DNA from: Rebecca billardiae RCC1528
Taxonomy: Eukaryota > Protista > Haptophyta
Direction of reading: 5' to 3'
Assembly (NCBI GenBank): GCA_965240325.2
Contig: OZ251255.1
Location: 186,001-250,000 of the forward strand
Length of the DNA stretch: 64,000 bases
Position numbers and translations under genes: made by a program. The notes beneath the pieces were generated by a model that saw only the letters and a program-made list of their open reading frames with translations, did not search any database and had not been told where the DNA came from. Below, piece after piece: positions 11,350 through 22,190 of this stretch (its first letter is position 1; every line of letters begins with the position of its first letter).

Positions 11350-14300
11350 ATGGCGGACGCGCGCCCGCGCGCCGACGGGCGCCCGCCGCCGCGGAACATC
11401 GTGGTGGACGTGAGCACGTCGTTCCACCTCGAGCGTGTGGGCAAGGTGACCGACAAGTGGCGCAGCACGTCCACGCCCGCCACGCCGCGCGCCGCGCCGC
11501 ACGCGCGCGCGTGCGGCGCGCTCGGCGCGGCCGGCGGCGCGGCCGACGCGCAACCGCCGCCGGGCTCGAGCCTCGACGCGCTCAACTCGGAGTACGTGCA
11601 CCGCGCGTACGCCGGGCTGGGCGGCACGGCGCCCGTCTTTGCGCGCCACGCGCCCGCCGGCGCGGCCGCCCCGCCCAAGCCGCCGCCGCCCACGCTCGCT
11701 GCGCTGCGCGGCGCATGCGGCGGCGGCGGCACGCCGCCGGCCGCGCCGTCCGCCGCCGCCGCGGCCGGCTCGCCGAGCGTGTCGCCGCCGCCGCCGGCGG
11801 GCGCTATCTTCGAGCTCTTCCGCCCCGAGCGCCCGCACCCCGCCGCGGCCGCCGCCGCCGCCGCCGCGCACGCCCGAGCCCGCTACGTGCCGCCGCCGCC
11901 GCTGCCCGCGCCGCAGCCGCAGCCGCAGCCGCCGACGTGCGCCGCCGGCGCGCGCGCCGCGCCGCCCGGCGCGCCAGCCCGGGCGGTCCCCGGGCTCTTC
12001 GCCGGTCTGGCGCTCACCGACGCCCGCGCAGGGGGGGTGCCGCCCGGCGCGCACGCCGGCGCTGAAGCGGCCGGGGCGGCGGCGCCGCCCGTGCGGGCAG
12101 CCTGCGGCGGCGCGCCGCCGGCTTGGCCGCCGCGCGCGTCTGGCGGGGCGGCGGTGGGCAGTGCGCCGGCGGCGCAGGGCGTGGGGGCGCTCTTTGGTGG
12201 CCTGTGCGTGCACGAGGCCGCGCCGAGCGGCGCCGACGCCACCGCCGCCTCGCTGCCGCCGGCGCCGGCCGCGCCGCAGCAGCGTGGGGCCGAGTGCGCT
12301 CGGCGGCGGCACGCGGCGGCGGGCGCGGCGGGTGCGGCGGGTGCGGCGGGTGCGGCGGGTGCGGCGGGTGCGGCGGCGGGGATGGCCGCCCCCGGCGGCA
12401 CGCGCGCAGCCGGTGGCGCGCACGGGGCCCCGCCCTGCGCGGGTGGTGGGGACGGCGGCCTCTTCAGCGGGCTCACACAGCTGGGCGCGCCAGCCGCGCC
12501 CTCGCCGTCAGCGGCGCGCGCCGCCGACGCGACAGCCGGCCTGGGCGGCGGCGCGGCGGCAGCAGGCGGCGGCGCGGCGGCAGCAGGCGGAGGCGCGGCG
12601 GCGGCATGCGGCGCCCCGGGCGCGGAGGGCGCGGCTGGCGCGCTGTTCGGGGGGCTCACCGTCGTCGCGGCCGATGCGGGGCCGGGCTGCGCGGCGGGCG
12701 GCGGCGCGGCGGCGGCGGCGGTGGCGGCGCAGCCAGACGCGCCGCATGGCGGCGGCGGCGGCGGCGGCGGCGGCAGCGGCTGCGGCAGCGGCCGCGGCCT
12801 CGGCGGCCGCGCCGGCTGTGCGGGCGGCGGTGGCTGCGGCGCTGTGGGCAGCAGCAGCTCGGCGCCGGCGCTCTTCGGCGGGCTGCAGCTGGTGGGCGCG
12901 GAGGGCTGCGCCGGCGGCGGCAGCGCGGCCGTGAGCGCGGGCGGTGGCAGCTGCTGCAGCCTCTTCGACGGACTGGCACTGGCGGGCGGCGGCGGCGGCG
13001 GCGCCGACGCGGCCGCGGCCGCGGGCGGCGGCGGCGCGGCGGCGGCGGGCGCCGCCGCCGGGAGCGGCGGCGCGCGCGGCGGTGGCGGCGATGGCGCGGC
13101 TTTGCCGCCCGCTGGCTCGGGGCTCGGGCTGGCGTGGATGGCGCACGCCGCCGAGTTCGAGGCGCTCGCCAACGAGTATGCCGGCCTCGGGCCGGACGGG
13201 GACGGGGCGGCGCCGGCCAATCAGAGCGCGGCAAGGCCGGGGCCGGGCGGGGCGCCGGCCAATCAGAGCGCGGCAGGGCCGGGGCTGGACACCGGCGGGC
13301 CCGGGGACGCCGCGGGCGTGGCCCTGGGCCCAGGCGGCGCGTGGGGCGCTGAGGACGCCGCGCCGCCGGCTTCTGCCGCACCGCCGCCGCGCGCCGCCGC
13401 GCGTTGGGCGGCGGCGGCGCGCGACGACGACGCGGCCGGCGCGGCGCGAGGCAGCGGGGGGGGCAGCGCCGATGGTGGCGGCGAGGGCGGGGGCGGCCTC
13501 TTCGCCGGCCTCGCGCTCGGCGCGGCGGCGGCGCCGCCCGACGGCGGTGCGCTGGAAGAAGCGCCGCCGCACGCGGCCGCCCCCGCGCGCCCCTGGGCGG
13601 GCGCCGCGCGCGCAGCCGGCGGCGGCGGCGATGGCGGCGGCGGGGACGCGCCGCTCGGCGCGTGCGGCGAGCGCGCGGACTGGCCTGGCGTGGACGCGGC
13701 GGACGACGGCGCGGCCGACTACGGCGAGCCCGCGCCCGTGGACGCGGCAGCCATCGTGCTCGGCCACGAGCAGCTGCCGGATGCCACCGGTGGCGCGGGC
13801 TTCATGGCGGCCGACGTCAAGGCGCCCGCCACGGCGCCCGTAACGGCCGTAACGGCCTCTGTAACGGCGCCCGTAACGGCCTCCGTCACGGCGGGATCTG
13901 GCACCGCGCGCGCGGGCGCGCGGACGGAGCGCGAGGCGGGAGGCGCGGCCGGCGCGGCGCGCCCGCCGCCCGCAGCACCGCGCGAGGCGGGCGTGGCGCA
14001 CGGCGCGGCGAGCGGCCGCCCGCCGCCGCCGCCGCCACCGCCGCCGGCAGGCGGCGCGGCCGCCGCCGCGCCGGGCCGCGACAGCCAGGCCCAAGCACAG
14101 GGGGGCGCGCCGCGCCGCTGGGAGCAGGTGTACGCGCAGCGGCAGCGCGAGCGCGAGGCGCTCGAGGCGGATGCAGACCGGCTCGCTGCGGCGGTGGGGA
14201 GCGCGCGCGCCGCGCACGACCGCTCGTCACGCGAGCTGGCGCGAGCCGCCGCCGAGCTGAGCGGCGCGCGCGAGCGGTGCGAAGCGGCGGCGGCGGCCAA

Positions 14301-14505
14301 GCGCGCGGCGGTGGAGGGGCGGCGCTTCAAGGAGGCCGCGGCGGCGTCAGCGGCGGAGAAGGCGGCCTCAGAGGCGCTGGCGCCGCTCGCCGACGCGCAC
14401 GCGCGCGCGGAGGCGGCGCGCGACGCGTCGGCGCGCGAGTGCGCCGCGCTCGAGGCCGAGCAGGCGGCGGCGCTCGAGGCGGTTGCGCTCGCGCTGCTGC
14501 GCTGA
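11350..14505 (+). CDS. Low-complexity protein with 7 LFxGLx[LV]-type motifs and a C-terminal coiled coil with a UVR-like segment
   Basis: Single 1051-codon ORF from the ATG at 11350, with repeated GLFAGLAL/ALFGGLxV/SLFDGLAL and a helical C-terminus containing KRAAVEGRRFKEAA. Confidence 0.75.
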   Translation: MADARPRADGRPPPRNIVVDVSTSFHLERVGKVTDKWRSTSTPATPRAAPHARACGALGAAGGAADAQPPPGSSLDALNSEYVHRAYAGLGGTAPVFARHAPAGAAAPPKPPPPTLAALRGACGGGGTPPAAPSAAAAAGSPSVSPPPPAGAIFELFRPERPHPAAAAAAAAAHARARYVPPPPLPAPQPQPQPPTCAAGARAAPPGAPARAVPGLFAGLALTDARAGGVPPGAHAGAEAAGAAAPPVRAACGGAPPAWPPRASGGAAVGSAPAAQGVGALFGGLCVHEAAPSGADATAASLPPAPAAPQQRGAECARRRHAAAGAAGAAGAAGAAGAAGAAAGMAAPGGTRAAGGAHGAPPCAGGGDGGLFSGLTQLGAPAAPSPSAARAADATAGLGGGAAAAGGGAAAAGGGAAAACGAPGAEGAAGALFGGLTVVAADAGPGCAAGGGAAAAAVAAQPDAPHGGGGGGGGGSGCGSGRGLGGRAGCAGGGGCGAVGSSSSAPALFGGLQLVGAEGCAGGGSAAVSAGGGSCCSLFDGLALAGGGGGGADAAAAAGGGGAAAAGAAAGSGGARGGGGDGAALPPAGSGLGLAWMAHAAEFEALANEYAGLGPDGDGAAPANQSAARPGPGGAPANQSAAGPGLDTGGPGDAAGVALGPGGAWGAEDAAPPASAAPPPRAAARWAAAARDDDAAGAARGSGGGSADGGGEGGGGLFAGLALGAAAAPPDGGALEEAPPHAAAPARPWAGAARAAGGGGDGGGGDAPLGACGERADWPGVDAADDGAADYGEPAPVDAAAIVLGHEQLPDATGGAGFMAADVKAPATAPVTAVTASVTAPVTASVTAGSGTARAGARTEREAGGAAGAARPPPAAPREAGVAHGAASGRPPPPPPPPPAGGAAAAAPGRDSQAQAQGGAPRRWEQVYAQRQREREALEADADRLAAAVGSARAAHDRSSRELARAAAELSGARERCEAAAAAKRAAVEGRRFKEAAAASAAEKAASEALAPLADAHARAEAARDASARECAALEAEQAAALEAVALALLR

Positions 14506-14780
14506 GGCGTGGCGGACTGCCGGGCGCGGCCGCGTGTGCGGTGGGGGCGTTCGGGAGGCGCCGGCCGTCGGGGTGGGCGCGGCTGGAAGGGTGGAACGCG
14601 TGGGCCGTGCTCTCGTCAGCCCGAAGGCCGGTCGGCGCCATCGTGTCCATCTTTTCGCGGCATCTGGGGTGTGCGATTTAGCCATTTAGGCGATTTGCTC
14701 GCGTCGCGCATATTATTGGCGCGATTTTCATTTTCTAGCGGCCGTCTCGCTCTCGATCGTCGCGCGATTTTCTCGGCGAG

Positions 14781-14924
14781 GACTACTACTAACTTCGGCG
14801 AGTCCAACTACTACTAACTCAGGCGAGTCCAACTACTACTAACTTCGGCGAGTCCAACTACTACCAACTTCGGCGAGTCCAACTACTACTAACTCAGGCG
14901 AGTCCAACTACTATTAACTTCGGC
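14781..14924. repeat. 25-bp minisatellite (AACTACTACTAACTTCGGCGAGTCC) x ~5.8
   Basis: Head-to-tail units start at 14781, 14806, 14831, 14856, 14881 and 14906; there are no spacers. Confidence 0.95.
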
Positions 14925-15419
14925 CACAACATCACCCACCAGCTGCTGACCAAGAACAGGCTACACCATCGTCCACCATGACCTGCCACTGACCAAGTAG
15001 GCGACGACATCATCCGCACCAGCTGCTGACCAAGTAGGGGACGGCCTGGCCGACGCCAACATGCTCACTCGCCTTTGATTTCGTACCCATGCACTTCCTG
15101 GTGGGCCTGACGACGTCCGGACGACGACAACAACGACATCCGCCATGGGGACCAACATCAACGCGCTCACACCACTGCCACTGCTGCAAGCTTCGACCAG
15201 TACCACTACAGACGAATCAGGAGAGCTGCGCCCTCGTGCCTGTGTCTTTAAATCATAGAATTAGTCCCGGACCGGAAGAATGAGCACTGGGCACACACCG
15301 ACGAAGACTGGAGCGGCATTTCATCGAGCGGGCCCGGCCGAAAACCGCTTCGTCGTGCTGACGTTTCAGCGCGCCAGCCCTCAAAGCGCGCAGCAGCGCA
15401 GGCGGCCTAAGCAGCAGCC

Positions 15420-18400
15420 ATGTCGTCCGCGTCGCGGGCGGCGGCGCTCTCGGCCGCCACCGACGACGACGAGTCGGAGGACGGCGACTCTGCGGCGCCG
15501 CCGCCGCTGCCCACGCCGCACGCGCGCGTCGTCGTCGCGCGCACCGCGCGGGAGGGCGGCCCAGCCCGCCGCGGGCAGTCGACGGCCTCGGCGGCGCCGC
15601 AGCATCAGGGTGGCCGCGCGGCCGCGGCGGCCGCTCGCGGCGCGTCGCCCTCGCCCCCGCGCGAGGGGCATGGCGGGGGCGCGCCGGGCGCGAGCGCGGC
15701 CGGGCCGCACGACCGACCGTCCACGGCCAACGGCTACGCGGCGGCCGCCCACGGCGGGCTGCTCGCGCGCGCCCTGCGCGCCGCGCCCGCCCCTGCTGCA
15801 TCCGGCGGCGCGCCCGGCGGCGGCCGCGGCGGCGCGCGCGCGCGCGGCGGCGCGGCGGCAGGGGCCGTGGTCAAGCTCTCGCCGCGCCCGGCGGGCGCGG
15901 CGCCCGCGGGGCCCGCCGAGTTCCGCGAGGCCACCGGCGTGCCGCTCCGGCTGCCGCGCCGCGCGACCGCGCTGCCGCGCGGCCGCGCGGGCGCGCAGCT
16001 CGCGCTTGGAGCGATCGGCTCCACGGCGGCGGCGGAGCGCACGCCCGCCGCGGCGCTGGCGAGCGCGGCGGCGAGCGCGGCGCGCGAGGCCGAGGCGCGG
16101 CGGCGGCGCAGGCGCGAGGCCGAGTCCAGTCCGGGCGGCGCGCCGGACTCGGCCGCGCGCCTCCCGGCCGGAGTCCGGGCGACGGTGGGCGCGGGCGCCT
16201 CCGTGGCCGCGCTCGCTTGCGGCGGCGGCGGCCGCGGCGCCGGCGGCACGCGCGATGGCGCGGCGGACGGCGGCGGCACGGCGTCGACGGCGCGCTCGCT
16301 CGCCAGCGCCGCGCTCGAGGCGCTCGACTTTGCCAGGCTCGCGCAGACCGGCGCCGCCACCGCGGGCGGCGGCGGCTGCCGCGCCGAGCCGTTCGCCGCC
16401 GCCGCCGCCGCCGGCTCGGGCGGCGGCGGCGGCGCGCCGCCTCCGCCGCTGACGGAGGCAGAGGCGGCGGTCGCGCGGATTGAGGCGGAGTGGGCGCGGC
16501 TGCAGGCGCGGCGGCTCGGCCGCGTGCTCGCCACGCCACCCGCGCGCCTCCCGCTGCACGACCAGGCAAGCGGCCGCACCGTCGGCGAGACAATCCTCGC
16601 AGCCGCCGCGGCGCGCGCGCGCGCGCCCCAGCGACACACGGCGCAGCGGCCGAGCGGCGGCGCGGACGGCGGGCGTCCGTCGGCGGCCCCGGCCCTCGTC
16701 GTGCAGTGCTCCGCTGGCTCCGCGGCTGGGAGCCGCGTCGCGTCCACCGCATGCGCGGACGCGCACCGCCAGCTGGCAGCCGCCGCCGCCGCGAGGGTCG
16801 GCGGCGGCGGCGTCGGCGGCGGCGGCGGCGTCGGCGGCGGCGGCGGCGGCGGCGGCGGCAGCGCGCTCGGCGGCGGCGGCGGCAGCGCGCTCGGCGGCGG
16901 CGGCGGCGCGCTCGGCGGCTGCCGAGCGTCCGAGCTTGCGGCCGCGCAGCGCGCGCGGGAGGCGGCCGTCGCCGCGGCGCACCGGCGCGCAACGGCCGGC
17001 GTGGCGCCCTCCACGCCAGGGTCCGCTGGCCCACCGGCGCCCCGGCAGCCGCCGCAGCCGGGCGCGGCCGACGACGCACCGCTCGGCGCGCGAGGCGCGG
17101 GCGGCGGCGCGCAGCCGGCGCCGGCCGCCGAGCGGCGCGGCAGCGGCAGCCCGGTGGCCGCGTGGCGACTGCGCACTCTGCTGGCGTGTGCCGGGGGCAT
17201 CGGCGCCGAGGCGGAGGGCGCAGGCACAGGTGGCGGCGGAGGCGGCGCCGCCGCGGCCGCGGCCGGCACGCCGCCCCAGCCCGCCATCGCGCGCTCGCCT
17301 TCCTCGTCGCGCGGCGGCGGCGCGCGCCCCGCCGCCGCGCCGCCGCCGCGCCCTCCCATGCCGCCGCCGCGCACTCCGATCACTCGGCTCGGCGGCTCTG
17401 ACTGGGCGTACGGGCCCGCGGAGCGCGGGGCGGTGCTCGGGCTCGTCGAGACGCCGCCGCGGTCGCTGACCGCCGACGGCACGGCGCTGCCCTCGTGCGG
17501 CGTGCTGTCGATTCGCGCGAGCGCCGCCGCTGCGGGCGGCGTTGTCGTGTCGCGCACGCCGCAGCAGCAGCCGCTGCCGCTCTCGGCGGCGCCCGGCGGC
17601 GGCGGCGGCGCGCGGCCGCGCGGGGCAGCAGCCGCCGCGCAGCCGTGGTCCACCGAGCACCACGCGCACGCGTCGGCGCTGCCGCCGCGGGTGGTCACGG
17701 AGCCGCGCCCACGCCCGCCGACCATCGCCCTCCCACCCCACCTCGCGCCGCCAGGCCCGCCCAGTCCGCTCGGCCGCGCCAAGTCGCACCACCCGGCGGC
17801 GGGCTGCGGCGGCGGCGGCGGCGGGTTTCGCGCGGACGCCGCCGCGGGCGCGGTGGCGTGCTGCCGCCCGGTGTTCAAGAGGGAGTCGACGCGTGAGATC
17901 CGATCCTCCTCGCTCGGCGCCGAGCCCGTCGCGGACATGGCCTCGCTGCTCAGAGCGGCCGCAGCCAAGCGCGGCGGCGGCGGCGCGGCGGGCGTCGCGG
18001 ACGGCGGCGAGAGCGGCGGCGGCTACAGCGGCGGCGGCGTGACGCTTGAGCCGCTGCTGCTCAGCGCGGTGGGCGGCGGCGGGGTTGCCCCGGCGGCGCT
18101 GCTTGCGACCGCCACGCCACTGCCCGCGGCGCACGCCCACGCCCGCGACGCCGCGCCCGCGGGCGGCGACGCGGCGGCGCGGCGCGGCGTCGCGCCGTCC
18201 GGCGGCGGCGGCGCGCGCGCGCAGGCGGCGCCGGCGGCCATCGTGTTTGGGGACCGCTCGCTCTCGCGCGCGCGCGTGCGGGAGCGCGCGCGGCCCACGT
18301 CGGCCTTCTTCGGCTCGAGCGCGCTCCGCGCCTCGACGGCGGCGGCCGCCGCCGCCGCCGCCATCGCGCCGAGCGCCCACGCGCCCGGGTGGCGCGCGCT

Positions 18401-21400
18401 GTCGCCCGGCGCGGGCGCGCGCGCGTCGCCCGACGCCGCGGCCGCGGACGGTGGGCGCGCGCGTGCGCGCACGCCGGCGACCGCGCCCGCGGCGTATCGC
18501 GGCCGCCCGTCGGCGCGCGCCGCGACGACGCCGGGCCTCGGCAGCGGCGTGGGCGGCGGCGGGCCCCGCGCCGCGCCGCGCCACGCCGCCACGCCGCCCG
18601 CCGCGCCGCTGCCCGCGCCATCGCCCCTACTGCTCACGCGCGCGCTCGGGCGGCCGGTGACGCCTGCTGACTTTCGCAGCATGCCGCCGGCCGAGGCGGC
18701 GTACCGGGTGGGCTGCGAGTACGCGCGGCTGCTGCCGTCGGCCTCCGCCGCCGCCGCCCCCGCGGCTGGTGGGCCGTGGGGCGGCAGCGGCGGCGGCGGC
18801 GGCAGCAGCGGCGGCCGGGCCGGCGGCGCGGGCGAGGGCGACGCCTCGCGCCGCGGCGCCGGCCGCGCGGCGCGCGCGATGCGCGAGCGGCGGGTGCCGC
18901 GCTCGCAGCACGCGGGCGTGCTCGCGGCGGCGGCGTCGGAGGCGGCGGCGCGCGCGTGCGCCGCGGCGCTGGCGGAGGCGGGCTGCGGCGCCGGCCCCGG
19001 CTCCGCCCTCGCCTCGCCGAGCAGGGGCCGCGACGGCGCATGGTCCGCCAACAAGCGCATCATGCGCCGCTCGGCGCTCCTCACACCGATGGCGGGCGAT
19101 GAGCTGCTGAGACACCAGCAGGAGGCGGCGGCGGCTGCGGAGCGGCTGGCGATGGAGGGGCTGCTGCGCTCGGCGATGACGACGCCGAGCACCAAGCCGC
19201 GCCACGCGCAGCGCCACCTCGTCCTGCAGGACCGGCCCGACGCGCCGGAGGGCGGCGGCGGCGGCGGCGGCCGCGGCGGCGGCGGCGGCCGCGCGGGCAG
19301 GCGCAGCCACAGGCGCGCGCGCCGCGCCGGTGGCCCGGGCTCTGGCTCGTCGGCGTCTGCGTCGGCGGACGGCTCGGAGGAGGACGCGGACGGCTCGTCC
19401 TCCTTCCGCTCCTCCGCCTCCGACCTCTCCTCCTCCGACGCGCACGGCGGCGGCGGCGGCGGCTCGGGCCGCTCCTCCGAGCCGGGCTGGGGCTCGCCTG
19501 CCAGCGCCGCATCCGAAGAATCAGACCTGGGCTCGTCGTTTGATTCATCCTCGTCCGCGTTTGATTCCGCCGCCGACTCGGACGACCTCGGCTCGGAGCG
19601 CGGGGACGGGGACGGCGGCGGGGGCGGAGCGGGCGGGGCTGCGGGCGCCGCCGCCGCCGGCGGTGCGGGCGGCGCGCCCGACGCCGAGCACGGCGCGGAC
19701 GAGGGCGGCGGCGGCGGCGGCACCAAAGGGCGCGGCGGCGGCGCGCCGGACGACGGCGGCGGCGCGGGCGGCGCGGCCGCGGCCGCCGCCGCGGCGGCGC
19801 GCGCGGGCGGCAGTGCCGCAGAGGGCGGCCTGCACGCCGAGGCGGGCGGCGGGCTCGGCGCCCCCCCCGCAACCTCGGCGCGCCGCTCGTTCGCCGCCGC
19901 CCTCGCCGCCGCCTCCGCCCCGTACATTGCGGAGGAGGATGAGGAAGCCATGCTGATGGACGAAGCGGCGGCCATGCTGCCGCCCGACCCGCTCACTCGG
20001 CTCAAGCGAGTGGTGGCCGAGCTGGCGGCGGAGCAGGCGGCGAGGGAGGGGCAGGGGGGCGGCGGTGGCGGGCTGGCCGGCGTCGCGCGCGCCGCGCTGC
20101 TCGCGAGCAGGGCCGCCGCCGACGCCGACGCGGCGACGGCGCGTGACGCGCCGCCGCCGCGCTCGCCGTGCGGCGGCGGCGCCCGCGCGCGCGCGGCCGC
20201 GGGCGGCGCCCGCGGCGGCGCCAGCGCCAGCGCCGGCGGCGGCGGCGAGACGCTGAGCTTTGCGCGCGAGGAGGAGCGCCGGCGGCGGCGCCGGCAGCGG
20301 CGCCGTCGGTTCCGCGCCGCGCGCGCCGCGGCGCAGCGCGCCCTCGCCTCGGGCTCAGTCGAGGACATGCGCGACGCGTTGCGCGCAGCCAAGGCGGCCG
20401 CGCGCGCGATCGGCGGCGAGCGCGGCGCGGCGCTCGAGGCGACGCTGCGCGCGCGGCTGGCGGTGGTGGCGGGCGTGGGCGGCGGGGCGGGCGCGCCGGC
20501 GGGGGAGCAGCCCGCGCCGCACCGCCGCGCCGCCTCGTCCACCGCCGCAGCCACCGCCGCCGCCGCAGCCGGCGGCGGCGGCGGTGGCGGCGGCGGTGGC
20601 GGCGGCGGCGCCGGCGCGGGCGCTGGCCGCAAAGGCTCAGACGCGGCCGGCGGTGGCGGCAGCGGCGGTGGCGAGGTGGAGGGCGGCGAGGGCGGCAGCG
20701 TGGCGCCGCCCGCGCGCGAGCGCGCGCCGCGCATCTCGTCGTACCACGGCGTGATCACCGGCACCGGGTTGTACCGCCGGTGCGTGCGCGCCGCGCCGCG
20801 GCGCGCCGCGCCGCCGCGCGCCGCAGCGCGCCGCAGCGCGCCGCGCCGCGCCGCAGCGCGCCGCGCCGCGCCGCCGCGCCGCCGCGCCGCGCGCCGCGCG
20901 CGCGCTGTGGGCTCATCGTCGCGCCCCGCCGGCCGTGCGGCGCTCGCCGCCGCCCCGCGCCGCCCCTTGCCCCCACCCACTGCGCGTGCGTGCGTGTGCG
21001 CGTCTGTGCGTGTGCGCGTCCGTGTGTGCGCGCGTGCGTGCGTGTGCGCGCGTGTGCGCGCGTGTGCGCGCGCGCGCGCCGCGCACAGTGTGTGCATGGC
21101 GCCGGGCGCGTCGGCATGCCTCCTCTTCGACGGGATGCGCCCCGTCACCGTGCACCTGGACGAGGGCGCGGCCGCAGCCGCCGCAGCCGCCGCCCCCGGC
21201 CCCGGCGGCCTCGTGCGGCGCGACTCCGCCTCGTCCGAGGCCTCCTCAACCGTCGGCTCCGCGCGACGGCTGTCAGGCGGCGGCGACGGCAGCGGCGGCG
21301 TGCTGCCTTTCGCGCTGTCGGGCGGCGCGGGCGGGGGCGGCGGCGGCGGGCTGCGGCGCTCGAGCTCGTTCGGAGGCGGCGCGCCGCCCACGCTCGGCCG

Positions 21401-22143
21401 GCGCGACTCCTCCTCCAGCGCCACGTCGGGCGGCGGCGGCGGCGGCGGTGGCGGGGCCCACCTCCTCGACGCTTCGACTCGGGACGCGCTTGCGCAGCGG
21501 CAGATGCGCTTTGGGCTGCGCGGCGAAGCGCTCGTCGGCGCGCTGGTGGAGCGAGGTGGCGAGAACGAGCGCAAGATGGCGGCCGAGGAGGCGCGGATGC
21601 GCGACGAGCACCTCGCCGCGCAGGCCGCGTCCGCCGCGTCCGCCGCCGCGCGCAGCGGCCTCGTCGGCGCCGCGGCCAACAGCGCGGCGGCCTCTCGCTT
21701 TGCGGCGATGCCCGCGCGCGGCACGCGCCGCCGCGGCCCGGATGCAGGCGGCCCGTCCGTTGAGAGCTCGCCCGTCGCGCGGCGCGCGGGCGCGGGCGCG
21801 GCGTGCGGCGGCGGCGGCGCGTGCGGCACGCGGCAGTCCACCGGCGAGCTCGACCTCTCGGTACGCGGCTGCTCGGGCGCACACGCCGCCGAGCCGCCGT
21901 CCGCCGAGCGGTCGCCGCCGTCGCCGTCGCCGTCGCCCTCCGGCACGCCGATGGCCGAGCGGCGGCGGCGGCGGCGGCGGAATTCGTCCGGTGGGGCGTC
22001 GGACGCAGCGCCGGACTTCTCGCGCGCGGAGTTTGCGCGCACGTCCGGCGGCGGCGGCGGCGCGGAGGGCGGCGGCGCGGGGCCGCTGCTCGCGCTGCCG
22101 CCGGGGTCCTCTCCCGGACCCTCTGCGCGCCGCGGCAGCAGCA

Positions 22144-22190
<47 letters not shown>

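Noticed and set aside
9744-12065. 773-aa Pro/Ala-rich + strand ORF
   Set aside because: It is the antisense shadow of Nup62; stops are rare at this GC content.
13210-13275. Duplicated GGCCAATCAGAGCGC resembling CCAAT boxes
   Set aside because: It lies in-frame inside a CDS (APANQSAA x2); most simply a local coding duplication.
14781-14924. CRISPR-like array
   Set aside because: Units are contiguous with no unique spacers, there are no cas genes, and the context is eukaryotic.
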